Virus record (IMG/VR): IMGVR_UViG_3300048066_000291
Location: 19,142 to 83,141 of that record
DNA length: 64,000 nucleotides
Strand: one strand, 5' to 3'
Origin: a virus
In this document: piece by piece, positions 26,674-37,679 of the stretch
How positions within the stretch are numbered: the first letter of the stretch is position 1
Layout: every line of letters starts with the position of its first letter
The notes under the pieces: model-generated
The model's database searches: none
What the model saw: only the letters and a program-made list of their open reading frames with translations
Told to the model about the DNA's origin: nothing
Program-made: the position numbers and the translations under genes

Positions 26674-29600
26674 TTAAACATTGAACTGGTAATTTGCGAA
26701 CAGTATATAGCTTTCATTTGTACTATTTTCTGAACTCTTTATTATATATCTATCAATGTCATATGTTATTATTTTAGGATCAAAACCCGAATTATTAATA
26801 TTGTTAATAATATCATCACTTTGTCCTGCTTTACAGTAAGCAATTGGAATTGCTGTAATAAAGTCTAATTCTTGAAAGCCGTCTTGTGCTGTACGCATCC
26901 ATAACGGCAAATAATTTCTTTCTTCGTCACCAATTTGTTTAATGTTTAATCTCATGTGATCTACACTAGAAATATACTTTATTGAATCGGTACTTTGACT
27001 TACGTTAATTGCAGTATTATCTGTTTTAATTGTATTAGTGTCTGGCCTAAATCTAAACGGTTCACTATCGCCTTTTTGTAATACAACTTCAATGTCGCCA
27101 CTGTCTCTAACAGTCACTTCAAAATCTGCATCATCAACATTAACATCTTGATCACCTGCTCCTCTAGTTTCAACTATTATTTCATCTGTTTCACTGAATA
27201 CAAATTTAACAATTGTTCTAGTATACACAGGCAATTCAGTGTAACCTGCACCTGTGCGTGTTACATCATCTAATATTGCATATTGCATTTGATCAATAGT
27301 TAATTTTTTTGAATTCTTAGCGTTAAAACTTGCTGCTGTAACCTTTCTATCAGGAGCGTTAGCAGGATCAATAACATCTATATACACAACTTCGTATACT
27401 GTATCACCTAGTGCAGTATCCTTTGCAATAGCAGATTTAATTTCACCTAAGATATAAGTTTTTCTTTTATGATTTTTTGCTGCTGCTGCGGTAAAATGTT
27501 CAAGGTCTTTTGCTTCAGCTCCTGCAAATACAAGCATGTCTAATTTAGACTGTAACCCAAACGTAGGATCACCTGGACGGTAAATTTTGCTTGGAGTAAA
27601 TATATCAGGATTACTTATAAATTCTTGGAAGTATTTACGCTGTACTTGTGGTAACATTGGACGCATATAAACATCAGTGTATCTAGTATTATTAAAATCT
27701 TCAACTGTTAAAGTAAATTCTTGTTCAATTGCAGTGTAATTAAATCGATCTCTTGCTTGAACTGTAAATTTGTAATCTCTATCAAATGATGTAATTCCGG
27801 GGTTTGCTCCATCCCATGTAATTGTTTTGTTTTCAAATATAGTTAATCCTGGCTCATCTACAGTACCAAACTGTCTTGCAGAACCAATAATTTCACCATC
27901 ATAATTAAGTACTAGTCCAAAAGGTAGTTTGCCTGACTTTAATGAATAAATCATTTTAGTATCAGGAACTGTTGTTTGTGCTTCTACTTTTAGAGTGCTA
28001 GTAAAGTTGGCATTAATACTACCTAAATCAGCAGGAGTTAACCATTTTATTTCAGAGTCAATTTCACCTATTACATTAACTTCAAATGTTTTAGCTGTAC
28101 TTGGAATATCTTGTATATCGTTTGATGCAACAATAATATTTTTAAAGAATGCGTCATTTCTAAATAGTGCAATACCTATGTTACGTCCTTGTTCTATTTG
28201 TGAAGATAAATTTACATCAAATTTTACTTTATCTTCATTGTCTCTAAGAAGTTTAGCTTTTATTTCAGTGCTATCCGGACCTATAAAAAAGTTCTGTATG
28301 TTTGATTTTATTCTTGATGTAGCTGTACTCGGAATTAATAATTTCCATGTTGTGTCATTAACTACAGTAATATGTGCATCATCACCATATTCTGCTTTTA
28401 ATGCTTGACTTGTAGCAGTTAATCTATCAGCTAAACTTAAACCAGCAATAGTTTCTGCAACTTCTAACCAGTTTCCGCTTTCAAAGTCAATTTGTATAAT
28501 ACCGTTAACTTCAATCGAGATACCATCAATGTCAGTTTGAGGAATAGTATTGTGTGCAGTTGTACATTTGTATATTTTTCCATCGCCACCTGTTGCTGTT
28601 CCGTTAATTACATAGTCGCCTACATAATAGTTTGCACTTAATTCAATCAGTCTCGGAGCATTTGCAGGAAGTATTGGATCATTACTTGGATTTGCTTGTG
28701 ATATTTCCCATTCAATATACGGTGTAATTGTATTAATTTTGTATTGTTCGTTTTCACTAAATTTTAGTGTTCTGCCTGCATACTTTTCTTTTTCAGATTC
28801 TTTTAGTCTACTCACAAACATATAATCTGTACTTACTGTTGCAGTTCTAGATAAAATTAAACTAATACTAGGTGCAAGTGTGTCGGCCAAGTATAAAATA
28901 TCATAGTCACGATTTCTATCGTCTACGTTTGTAACTTTATATTGTCTGTTTCCTAATAATACATTTCTATTAACTAGTTCGAATAAGTCATTGACTCCGT
29001 CTAAGTTACCAGTTAAATCTATTTTATAAATTTTTACACTATTTTTACCTAACAATACATCTTCATAAAAATTACCAACAATTGATACTGTTTCTAAGTC
29101 AGTAGTTAATCGTGTTGCTCTTACTGTAAATTTATAATTTTGTGTAATTGCAGGCTGATAAGGTATACGTCCTGTTACTTCACCGTTCTGGCTATCAAGC
29201 GACATGCCTGGAGGGAGCTCACTTACGCTTCCGTCATCATTTACATCTTCAAGTGTATAAACTACAACACCTTCTAGTGTCCAGTTATCAATAATATCTA
29301 AGTATAACGTAGTATAGTTAGATGCTCGTTTATATCCTAAATCTCTAGGTGTAATCCAAGTTGGTGTTCTTACATTTGTTACATCAGCTGTAAATACACC
29401 TGTGCTTGACTGCATCAGCGTATTGTCTGCTTTTAAATAATCATCACCAACTAAATAAATTTTAAATTCTCTACGCACAAAACTATCACCATCAGTTACA
29501 GTAACAGCAAATGGATAATAACGATTTAATTTACGTGGATTAGAAGTAGGCTCATTATAACCGTAGTCAACTGTGTCATAATAAAAACTAGCATACCCGT

Positions 29601-30186
29601 TTGAACTTAGTGCAGCATAATCCATTGGCAATCCTGCAAACGGAGACGTATCATATCCTCCACCTACATAACGTTTGTCTAGACTAAGAAGGGGTTCTGT
29701 AGTTCCTGTTATCCTACCTGAATCACTCATTGTAATTCCTGGAGGTAATACTCCGTCACCGTCTGCAATAAAGTATGTTAATTCGTCTCCTGCACTTAGA
29801 TCTGTGTCAGTAGCACTTAATTGGAAATCAATTTGTTCGCTATCTAGAATAAACAGCGCATTATTAGATCCTACATTTAATAAACCTTCGGCAGTTGCCC
29901 AAAGAGGATCATCAGGCCCGGTAACAACAAACTCGATAGTACAATCTTGCCATTCATAATCAGTTGAAGCTCTAAGTACTACGGTAAAAGTAGTATCGTA
30001 TGCAACTTCAAAAACAGTACCTGTTATATAATTACCTTCTAAACGAGTGCCAGTTGGCAACCCTCCACTAATTAGTTCTAGCTCAATATTAGCTACAGAT
30101 GAAAGTGGAAGAAGTATATTTACTGTACTGCGTTCTACTAGTACACGGTACCTAGTACCTGTTGGTATATTCCATAATTTAGCCAT
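26674..30186 (-). CDS. Large baseplate-wedge-like structural protein with Ig-like repeats
   Basis: Repeated SG.LP.G..L...G.I.G motifs (putative Ig domains); 1170 aa; structural operon. Confidence 0.7.
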   Translation of the reverse strand: MAKLWNIPTGTRYRVLVERSTVNILLPLSSVANIELELISGGLPTGTRLEGNYITGTVFEVAYDTTFTVVLRASTDYEWQDCTIEFVVTGPDDPLWATAEGLLNVGSNNALFILDSEQIDFQLSATDTDLSAGDELTYFIADGDGVLPPGITMSDSGRITGTTEPLLSLDKRYVGGGYDTSPFAGLPMDYAALSSNGYASFYYDTVDYGYNEPTSNPRKLNRYYPFAVTVTDGDSFVRREFKIYLVGDDYLKADNTLMQSSTGVFTADVTNVRTPTWITPRDLGYKRASNYTTLYLDIIDNWTLEGVVVYTLEDVNDDGSVSELPPGMSLDSQNGEVTGRIPYQPAITQNYKFTVRATRLTTDLETVSIVGNFYEDVLLGKNSVKIYKIDLTGNLDGVNDLFELVNRNVLLGNRQYKVTNVDDRNRDYDILYLADTLAPSISLILSRTATVSTDYMFVSRLKESEKEKYAGRTLKFSENEQYKINTITPYIEWEISQANPSNDPILPANAPRLIELSANYYVGDYVINGTATGGDGKIYKCTTAHNTIPQTDIDGISIEVNGIIQIDFESGNWLEVAETIAGLSLADRLTATSQALKAEYGDDAHITVVNDTTWKLLIPSTATSRIKSNIQNFFIGPDSTEIKAKLLRDNEDKVKFDVNLSSQIEQGRNIGIALFRNDAFFKNIIVASNDIQDIPSTAKTFEVNVIGEIDSEIKWLTPADLGSINANFTSTLKVEAQTTVPDTKMIYSLKSGKLPFGLVLNYDGEIIGSARQFGTVDEPGLTIFENKTITWDGANPGITSFDRDYKFTVQARDRFNYTAIEQEFTLTVEDFNNTRYTDVYMRPMLPQVQRKYFQEFISNPDIFTPSKIYRPGDPTFGLQSKLDMLVFAGAEAKDLEHFTAAAAKNHKRKTYILGEIKSAIAKDTALGDTVYEVVYIDVIDPANAPDRKVTAASFNAKNSKKLTIDQMQYAILDDVTRTGAGYTELPVYTRTIVKFVFSETDEIIVETRGAGDQDVNVDDADFEVTVRDSGDIEVVLQKGDSEPFRFRPDTNTIKTDNTAINVSQSTDSIKYISSVDHMRLNIKQIGDEERNYLPLWMRTAQDGFQELDFITAIPIAYCKAGQSDDIINNINNSGFDPKIITYDIDRYIIKSSENSTNESYILFANYQFNV

Positions 30187-30191
30187 TAATT

Positions 30192-30224
30192 AACTTCCTT
30201 AATACTAAGTATTTATCGGAAGTT
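30192..30224 (-). promoter_or_regulatory. Late promoter GATAAATA (30210-30217) inside an RBS-sequestering hairpin
   Basis: AACTTCC/GGAAGTT plus AATAC/GTATT arms. Confidence 0.65.
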
Positions 30225-31021
30225 TACAATGCGCCACCATCCAAAGATGTCGCTGCTGGTGCAGTTATTGTACCAAAATCAACATCAGAATTAAAAATTA
30301 TAAATTCAAGTGCGTTATTTGCTATAGAGTCAAGGCCGCCGAAGTCCCCAGTTCCAGGTGCAAAGTATTGGTTATACAATGCTTCTACATCTACACCTCT
30401 AACGTTACCATACAAATTTCCTCTAACATCACCAGTATGAAATCCTACAGTAGCACCTACATGTTCGCCTTTAAACTGTAAGGCTTCAACGTCTCCTGCT
30501 ACAGTAACTTCAGATAGTCCTGATATACCAAAACCGTTTGCATCTAGATTATTACTTAATTGAGGAGTTAGGTCACTTGCTAAATCAGACGCACCAGTAT
30601 AATCAATTGTTAATGTGCCTGGAACATCTTGGCCGTTATCTACTAGTGTAGTTGTAATATCTGCACCACCGACTACATTAAGTCCGCCTTGTGCAAAAAC
30701 TGTTATTGAATTATTTCCGTCACCTAAGCTAACTGATTCAACACCAATACTAGGAACATTTACATTTATATGATTTCCTTCTGCGTCAGCAGTTATAGTA
30801 ACATTAGGACCTGGCGCTATTTTTTTAAATTGCAAATCGTAATTTAAACGTTGTACAAATAATCCTTGACCACTATCGCCTAAGTTACTAGCAGTTGTTT
30901 TTTCATCATCACGTAAATCTAATTCTTCAAAGTTAGAATTAGCTTTGATAAATGCTTCTCTTAAATCGTCGCCAGTTCCGTCATTTGCGATATTACCAAT
31001 ATTGATTAATTGTATTGCCAT
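30224..31021 (-). CDS. Baseplate/tail-fibre connector-like protein (gp9/gp10-type N-terminus)
   Basis: INIGNIANDGTGDDLREAFIKANSNFEEL. Confidence 0.75.
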   Translation of the reverse strand: MAIQLINIGNIANDGTGDDLREAFIKANSNFEELDLRDDEKTTASNLGDSGQGLFVQRLNYDLQFKKIAPGPNVTITADAEGNHINVNVPSIGVESVSLGDGNNSITVFAQGGLNVVGGADITTTLVDNGQDVPGTLTIDYTGASDLASDLTPQLSNNLDANGFGISGLSEVTVAGDVEALQFKGEHVGATVGFHTGDVRGNLYGNVRGVDVEALYNQYFAPGTGDFGGLDSIANNALEFIIFNSDVDFGTITAPAATSLDGGAL

Positions 31022-31033
31022 TCTTTTTTCCTA

Positions 31034-34000
31034 TTATACTACGTTAATTGTGCCAACCATTGAACCGTGGTATTGACAGATGTAATAGAATGTGCCAGTA
31101 CCGCCAACTATCCATCTAACTGTACCGTTTTGTGTACCGCCATTAGTTACGCCAGTTGCTTGACTTCCTGTGCCTGTAACAGCAGCAGTCTTAATCCAAA
31201 ACGGGTGTCCACTAGCATTAACATTAAAGTCAACAATATCGCCATTATTGAAGTTTAATCCTGGGTCAGTTCCATTTACTACACCACTTCTATCAGTTCC
31301 ACTTAGTGTATAATCACTTGAATTACTTGCTGTAACAGTAATTGTATAATCTGCTGCAGGTGTTGTGCTAGTATCATTAATAGTAACAGTTGTTGTAGCT
31401 TCACCATTGTCTAATGCTAATTGTAATGTTTCTGAACCTTCTGTTGTTTGGTCAGCTGTAATTGGCAATACAAGTGACGCAGTGTCACTATTAACTGTAA
31501 AGTTACCTGTTAATAAATTATCATCAATATCAGCTGGAAGTACGCCAGTAATTGTATATGGTACAGTTGTTGAATCAGATACGTTTGTAGTTGTTAGTGT
31601 AATAGTTAACGTCTCTCCTTCATTAACAGTGTTTGCACTATTTGCCAATGCATATGTAGCAGCAGGCGCAATACTTGTATCGTTAACAATAATATCAATA
31701 CTATCTTGTCCGTTATCTAATGCAAGCGTCATAGTTTCTGTGCCTTCAGTTGTAACGTCTTCAGCAAATGTAAATACCAATGTATCTGTATTTGACGTAA
31801 TAGTAAAGTTGCCTGTAATACTTCCTGCTGTTAGATCGTTTGAGTCAATACCAGTAATTGTATATGGTACAGTTGTTGCATCATCTGTTGCTGTAGTAGT
31901 TAACGTAATTGAAACTGTTCCACCTTCGTTAACTGCACTAACATCACCCGACAGTGCAAAAGTTGGAGCTGCTGCTGTGCTTGTATCATTAATAGTAATG
32001 TCAATGTTATCTTGTCCATTGTTTAGTGCAATGTTTAATGTTTCTGGACCTTCTGTAGTTACATCGTTTGCTAGTGTAAGTACAAGGTTTGCAGTATTAC
32101 TATTAATTGTAAAGTTACCAGTTAAACTCTCTCCACCAATATCAGCAGATGTAACACCAGTAATAGTGTAAGCTGCTGTTGTAGCATCGTCAACGTTTGT
32201 AGTTGTTAGTGTAATAGTTACACTGTCGCCTTCGTCTACTGCTGTTGCGCTTGATGATAATGTATACGATACTGCTCCTGCTACACTTGTATCATTAATA
32301 TTTACATTAACTGAGCTTTCACCGTTGTCTAGGGCAATAGTCATTGTCTCTAACCCTTCAGTTGCAGCATCTGATGTAATTGGAAGTATTAAGGTTGCAG
32401 TATTGCTAGTAACTGTAAAGTTGCCTGTTAGTGCATTGCCGCCTATGTCAGCTGTTGTAATTCCTGTGCCACTAATTGTATAAGGTACTGTTGTATCATC
32501 AGGAACGTTTACAGTTGTTAGTGTAACAGTAAGATCTGAACCTTCGTTAATACTTGCAACACCGCCTAAGTCAAGTGTATAACTTTGTACTGGAGTTGTG
32601 CTTGTATCGCCAATTGTTACAACTACACTTTCACTAATATTAGTTAGTGACAATGTAAATGTTTCTACACCTTCTGTAGTTAAATCTTCTGTAACAGTAA
32701 ATGTTTTAGTTGCTGTGTTATTACTAATAGTTAATAGTCCTGATAACTGCTCGTCACCAATGTCAGCACTTGATACGCCGCTAATTGTATATGGTATAGC
32801 TGTACCAGTTGAAACATTTGTTGTTGTTAGAGTTACTGTGAACGATTCGCCTTCATCAACTCCATTATTGTCAACTGTTAATGCATATGTTGCTGGAACA
32901 AGTTCTGTTGTTTCAGTTGTTTGACCAATAGTCATTTGCGTTGCACTATTAAATTTATTATATGCAAATCTATTGTTACCGCCTAAAATGCTTCTTGAAT
33001 CATCATAGTCATTGTCAAGGCTTGTTGTGTAAATTTTAGAAGCGCCTGCATTTGTATTAATAAAGGACAAACCTTGTGCAGGTGTTGCGCCTGGATTAAT
33101 TTGTGTATACAGAGCTAATGCACCTGCAACATTTGGCGCTGCCATTGACGTACCACTAATATTTGTTATAAGGAAAGAACTGTTACTTGGATACGGTCCA
33201 TCACCGGCACCCCATCTATTAATATTACTTGTGGTACTCATAATGTTTGTACCAGGAGCGTATACAGTAACACCTGGACCTGTTTCAGAACTACTTGCTT
33301 TTTGCTCTAATCCGTCTGGATGAATATCAGCATCGATGTTACCAACAATATGTGCTTGTGTTGAAAACGGTGAGCCGCCTCTATTATAATAGTATTCTGT
33401 AGTACCAGTTGATGTTTTAGTAAAATAGTTATCGTAATCAAGACCTCCGTCAACATCAATTTTTTGTCTTGAATTACCAGCTGCAATAACAACGTGTACT
33501 CCGGCATCAATTAATTCTTGCACATCAACGTCAACAGAAGCAACTCTAGATACATACCTATAACCAATTCCTGTAAATGAACCTACCATTCCGTAGTCTG
33601 GACGTCTTGCTGCTCCAGCCCAAGGTGTGCCTCGATACGAGCCACCTGAGATACCAGTAAAGTAACCACCGTATCCCCAACTCATATTAACAATAGTAGG
33701 ACGCTTCTTGCCTGTTGCTGGATCAACGGGCTTATTATTGTGCCAACCCTTGATTACATCAAAGCAGTCAGTAACACTAATCCCTGTACCGGAGTCGCCT
33801 GAACCTTCTAAGCCGCTTACTTTTACCGCATAAATTTTAGCACCTTTAGCCCAGCCATATGTTAATCCTGCTGCAATACCTGCAACGTGTGTTCCGTGAC
33901 CGTCATAATCTCTATAGTGATCGATATTTTGTGATCCTGATAATCCGCTTGCTGCATACCAATCAATTTCCTGTACGCGGCTTGCACCATTATAATCATA

Positions 34001-34456
34001 AAAGTCTGGATGATCAACTTGTACACCACTATCTTGTATAACGATATCTACACCAGTTCCGTCTAACGTATAATCATATCCACCTGTAACATTAGGACCA
34101 GTATATGGATTTGATAACGTGTTCATTCGACGTAATCCCCAGTTGACAAAATCTCCTCTGTCAAGTGTAGTTTTTGTAAAGTCGCCTGTTTGTGTTGCAG
34201 TACGTACTAAATCAATATCATCACGCAAGTCAGGACGCAATTCAACTGCTAAAACTCTAGTATCACTACTTAGTTTTGCTGCTTCTTCGTCAGTTAACAT
34301 ATAGTGCGTATTACGCTGTGACAAAGGTCTTGCATTAGCAACGTCAACTGAGCGTCCAGGAATATCACCGCCTCCTGTGGAAGCAATCATTTCTTGATTG
34401 AACGCTTCGTAGTTTACACCTTTGTTTAAACTTACAATATATTCTTTTTCACTCAT
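31034..34456 (-). CDS. Subtilisin-family (S8) protease with five Ig/Calx-beta-like repeats and a C-terminal cupredoxin-like domain
   Basis: Catalytic triad motifs VIQDSG, HGTHVAG, SGTSMAAP; five ~100-aa repeats; C-terminal GHPF...YYICQYHGSM. Confidence 0.88.
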   Translation of the reverse strand: MSEKEYIVSLNKGVNYEAFNQEMIASTGGGDIPGRSVDVANARPLSQRNTHYMLTDEEAAKLSSDTRVLAVELRPDLRDDIDLVRTATQTGDFTKTTLDRGDFVNWGLRRMNTLSNPYTGPNVTGGYDYTLDGTGVDIVIQDSGVQVDHPDFYDYNGASRVQEIDWYAASGLSGSQNIDHYRDYDGHGTHVAGIAAGLTYGWAKGAKIYAVKVSGLEGSGDSGTGISVTDCFDVIKGWHNNKPVDPATGKKRPTIVNMSWGYGGYFTGISGGSYRGTPWAGAARRPDYGMVGSFTGIGYRYVSRVASVDVDVQELIDAGVHVVIAAGNSRQKIDVDGGLDYDNYFTKTSTGTTEYYYNRGGSPFSTQAHIVGNIDADIHPDGLEQKASSSETGPGVTVYAPGTNIMSTTSNINRWGAGDGPYPSNSSFLITNISGTSMAAPNVAGALALYTQINPGATPAQGLSFINTNAGASKIYTTSLDNDYDDSRSILGGNNRFAYNKFNSATQMTIGQTTETTELVPATYALTVDNNGVDEGESFTVTLTTTNVSTGTAIPYTISGVSSADIGDEQLSGLLTISNNTATKTFTVTEDLTTEGVETFTLSLTNISESVVVTIGDTSTTPVQSYTLDLGGVASINEGSDLTVTLTTVNVPDDTTVPYTISGTGITTADIGGNALTGNFTVTSNTATLILPITSDAATEGLETMTIALDNGESSVNVNINDTSVAGAVSYTLSSSATAVDEGDSVTITLTTTNVDDATTAAYTITGVTSADIGGESLTGNFTINSNTANLVLTLANDVTTEGPETLNIALNNGQDNIDITINDTSTAAAPTFALSGDVSAVNEGGTVSITLTTTATDDATTVPYTITGIDSNDLTAGSITGNFTITSNTDTLVFTFAEDVTTEGTETMTLALDNGQDSIDIIVNDTSIAPAATYALANSANTVNEGETLTITLTTTNVSDSTTVPYTITGVLPADIDDNLLTGNFTVNSDTASLVLPITADQTTEGSETLQLALDNGEATTTVTINDTSTTPAADYTITVTASNSSDYTLSGTDRSGVVNGTDPGLNFNNGDIVDFNVNASGHPFWIKTAAVTGTGSQATGVTNGGTQNGTVRWIVGGTGTFYYICQYHGSMVGTINVV
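31360..32895 (-). repeat. Five tandem ~100-aa Ig-like coding repeats
   Basis: Each begins (Y/F).L....(V/I)(D/N)EG.....LTT and ends (V/I).(I/V).DTS; boundaries approximate. Confidence 0.85.
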
Positions 34457-34479
34457 TTGTCATTTCCTAATGTTTTATA

Positions 34480-34487
34480 TATTTATC
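34480..34487 (-). promoter_or_regulatory. T4-like late promoter GATAAATA
   Basis: Intergenic CGATAAATA. Confidence 0.75.
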
Positions 34488-34488
34488 G

Positions 34489-37400
34489 TTATGGGTTCAG
34501 GTCAAAGGATTGTCCAGCTATAATCATCCACCCATTTGTAGTATACAACAACGTTACACAATCGTTTGCTGCATTTAATGTTACTGCTGTACCGTTTGCA
34601 AAAGTATCTGGCTCAATTGTTGCATCGCCTCCGTGTGCTAACAGAACAATATGTTTCATTTGTCCTATTGTTCCGTCTGCTATTGAAAATGCATCTGCAC
34701 CAGTAGTTGTAATTTCAGTTGAAAGTGTGTCTATACTTATAGCACCAGGTCCTGTAATAGACTCCATATCACCAACAATTGTGCTTATTGGCCCTAAAAC
34801 TTTACCAGCGACACCATCAACTATTACAGTTGAGTCATCTGCTACAATACTACCTTTAACATCACCAACAATTGAACCTTCTATAGTTCCTACAAGCGTA
34901 CCATAAACTGTTGCATTATATACTTCTACAACTTGATTTCTTGTTGATGTTGGAGTACCAATTCTCACATCACCTTCATTTGTTCCTGCGTTAATTGCAA
35001 CTCTTGCATAGTCAGTTGGGTCAGCTGGGTTACCTGGTTCTGTTTTTAATTCTATATGGTTAATACCCTGTTTGTCCAGTTGAATATTTGATACGCCGGC
35101 ATCTGTGTCGCCGCCATATATATTCAAGAAGCCAGCCGCTGTTAAATCTAAAGTAGTACCAGTATTGTTAACAATAGTATCTGCTTTAAATGCTTGTCCA
35201 TGTATATTTACAGAATCAATATCTCCAACAAGTTTACTGTCTAGCCCATTAACTAGCATAGCAGAGTCGTCGCCAAACACACTACCTGTTAAATCACCTT
35301 CAAGACCACCTACTGCTTTAATGTTGTCAGTTACTGGTGTTCCAAATAAACGCAATGCGTCTGCGGTAATATTTACACTTGTGTCTGTGCCTTGCGGATT
35401 AAGTGTAATACCGTTGTTAGCACCAACTGCTGTAGTAATTTGTATACTGTCGTCAGCTGTTATGTTATTTGCAACTAGTGCAGTTGAAAAACTAACAGTG
35501 CCGTCAATAGTAGTTGTACTACCTGAATTACCAATATTAATTGCTGTTGCTGTTGTTGCACCAATATTTACTGTTGTTTGGTCTATGTTTGCTGCTAGTG
35601 TTGTTATTGCGTCTGTGTATGTAACTTCGCCTGTTGTATCATCGTATGTTAATAGTGTATTACTTTCTGCATTTCTAATTGGCTTAATTACTAAACTACT
35701 TACTGTGGTATTTTCTAATGCAACGCCAGTTGCGTTTATTACAATTGAGTTTGTGGCTTGGTTAGTTCGGCCTGCATCATATCCAATTGCTACTGCATTA
35801 GCACCTTGACCAGTGTATCCAGCATTATATCCAATTCCAACTGCACCGTCACCTCCGCCAGTAAATTGAGCTCTACGTCCTAATGCAACAGCATTATTAC
35901 CTTGTGTAGTTTGACCTGCGGAGTCACCCATCGCTACTGAACTGTATCCTTGAGTAGTTTGACCTGCACCGCTACCAATTGCTATTGAAGCAGTACCTTG
36001 ACTTGTTTGACCTGCATCTTCACCAAGTGCAATTTTTGATTCACTTGTTCTTAAACTTGCTGTTTCAATATCACCTATAATTTTAGCATTTACACCGTCT
36101 ACTAATATACCCGAATCGTCAGCATATACACTACCAGTCATGTCGCCATCAAATGTACCTGTGTGCGCACCTGCGGCATTACCTGTTACGTCACCAACAA
36201 CTGGTCCAGTATGTGTGCCTGCTGTATCACCTGTTATACTACCTGTAACGTTACCTTCAAATGTTGCTGCAACCAGTGTTTCTATACCTAATGTCCATTT
36301 GTCAGTTGCTTCGTCCCATACAAATGTTTTGTTAGCTTCTGTTCCTCGTTCGACTTCAATACCAGATGTGCCTAATGTTACACCAGCAGCAGTTTCACCT
36401 TTGTTTAATACAATAACATTATCTGTAATTGCAGTATTAGTTGTTTCAATTTCTGTAGTATCGCCAGTAATAGTTAAGTCACCTGCAATTACAACATCAT
36501 TAAAGTTTGATGTTCCTGCTGTTGCTTCTACATTACCGTTTACATCCTTCCATGCACCATTTTGGTACATAATAACTTTGTTAGTTGTTGAGTTATAAAT
36601 TAAGTCGCCGTTTTCAGCTGCAATCGCAGGTAAATTAGTGCTGCTAACTTCTGATATTCTAAAAGGAACATTGCCGTTTATTTTTACTCTATTACCTGCT
36701 GTAATTTCAAGATCAGTTGCTGCTGTCATTTCAGCAATACCTAGCCCTGTACCGTAATTAAGTGTATTAGTTACAACGGATTGAGAAGTCATTGAATTAA
36801 AATGACCTTCACCAAAAGGATTAGTTACAGTACCTACTGATCTAGTATCAGCAACATCTGGATAAATGTCGCCTGTTGCTTTTGTATTTCCTAAGTCAAC
36901 AGTTGTAGTAGCACTAATAACAATATTACTTGCCCCTGTGATACTTCCTGCGCCAGTGAATTCAGTATCGCCGCGTATTTTGCCAGCAACACCATCAACT
37001 ATTACAGTTGAGTCATCACCAAAAACACTGCCTTTAATATCTGATTCAAAAGGTACGCCTTCATCAAATAATGCAGCTAACGATGTATCTAAATCTTCTG
37101 TTCTTAAATATCCTACATCATCTGAAAATTCTGATAAGTATTGCGGAGCGCCTTGCAGTGATGCATAACTTACTTTACCTGTTGTAGCATCAAAAACAAT
37201 TTCTTCATTGTAAGATACTAAATTACCTTTTAACGTAGTACCAACGATTTCATTAAACTTGTTAGTTTCTGTACCTATATTTCCTACGCCTGCAACACTA
37301 GGAATAATTGCACTATCAACATTAATAGTGTCAATATCAATACTACCTAAGTCGCTTAGTGGTCTAAATTCTAAACCAGTTGCTGCTGAATTAACTTTAA

Positions 37401-37638
37401 CAAAATAATTGTTTGATCCTGAAAACGTACTAGGAGTGTCAGTAAGATCAGCAAACTGTTGTGCTACTAGTTTTTGCCCGTCAACTTTTATTACAGTTGC
37501 ATCGATTGTTCCTAATGACGTTATGTCTTGTACGTTAACAATTGAATTAGTACGCAAGTCGAGATTGTCGGAATCTGGTAGTTCCTTAATTTTATTGCCA
37601 TCTGTAGTATCAAGTACTAGGGGGAATCTATTTGCCAT
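34489..37638 (-). CDS. Tail fibre/adhesin-like protein
   Basis: G-x-x-x-G stretches, YadA-head-like 16-aa repeats (A.G..AGQT.QG) and four GS(V/I)..DDS repeats. Confidence 0.78.
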   Translation of the reverse strand: MANRFPLVLDTTDGNKIKELPDSDNLDLRTNSIVNVQDITSLGTIDATVIKVDGQKLVAQQFADLTDTPSTFSGSNNYFVKVNSAATGLEFRPLSDLGSIDIDTINVDSAIIPSVAGVGNIGTETNKFNEIVGTTLKGNLVSYNEEIVFDATTGKVSYASLQGAPQYLSEFSDDVGYLRTEDLDTSLAALFDEGVPFESDIKGSVFGDDSTVIVDGVAGKIRGDTEFTGAGSITGASNIVISATTTVDLGNTKATGDIYPDVADTRSVGTVTNPFGEGHFNSMTSQSVVTNTLNYGTGLGIAEMTAATDLEITAGNRVKINGNVPFRISEVSSTNLPAIAAENGDLIYNSTTNKVIMYQNGAWKDVNGNVEATAGTSNFNDVVIAGDLTITGDTTEIETTNTAITDNVIVLNKGETAAGVTLGTSGIEVERGTEANKTFVWDEATDKWTLGIETLVAATFEGNVTGSITGDTAGTHTGPVVGDVTGNAAGAHTGTFDGDMTGSVYADDSGILVDGVNAKIIGDIETASLRTSESKIALGEDAGQTSQGTASIAIGSGAGQTTQGYSSVAMGDSAGQTTQGNNAVALGRRAQFTGGGDGAVGIGYNAGYTGQGANAVAIGYDAGRTNQATNSIVINATGVALENTTVSSLVIKPIRNAESNTLLTYDDTTGEVTYTDAITTLAANIDQTTVNIGATTATAINIGNSGSTTTIDGTVSFSTALVANNITADDSIQITTAVGANNGITLNPQGTDTSVNITADALRLFGTPVTDNIKAVGGLEGDLTGSVFGDDSAMLVNGLDSKLVGDIDSVNIHGQAFKADTIVNNTGTTLDLTAAGFLNIYGGDTDAGVSNIQLDKQGINHIELKTEPGNPADPTDYARVAINAGTNEGDVRIGTPTSTRNQVVEVYNATVYGTLVGTIEGSIVGDVKGSIVADDSTVIVDGVAGKVLGPISTIVGDMESITGPGAISIDTLSTEITTTGADAFSIADGTIGQMKHIVLLAHGGDATIEPDTFANGTAVTLNAANDCVTLLYTTNGWMIIAGQSFDLNP
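34811..37017. repeat. 29-bp exact direct repeat (34811-34839 and 36989-37017)
   Basis: ACACCATCAACTATTACAGTTGAGTCATC occurs twice, encoding DDSTVIVDGV. Confidence 0.85.
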
Positions 37639-37662
37639 TCTTAATAATCCTATTGTTATACA

Positions 37663-37670
37663 TATTTATC
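37663..37670 (-). promoter_or_regulatory. T4-like late promoter GATAAATA
   Basis: Intergenic CGATAAATA. Confidence 0.75.
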
Positions 37671-37679
37671 GTAATCAAC

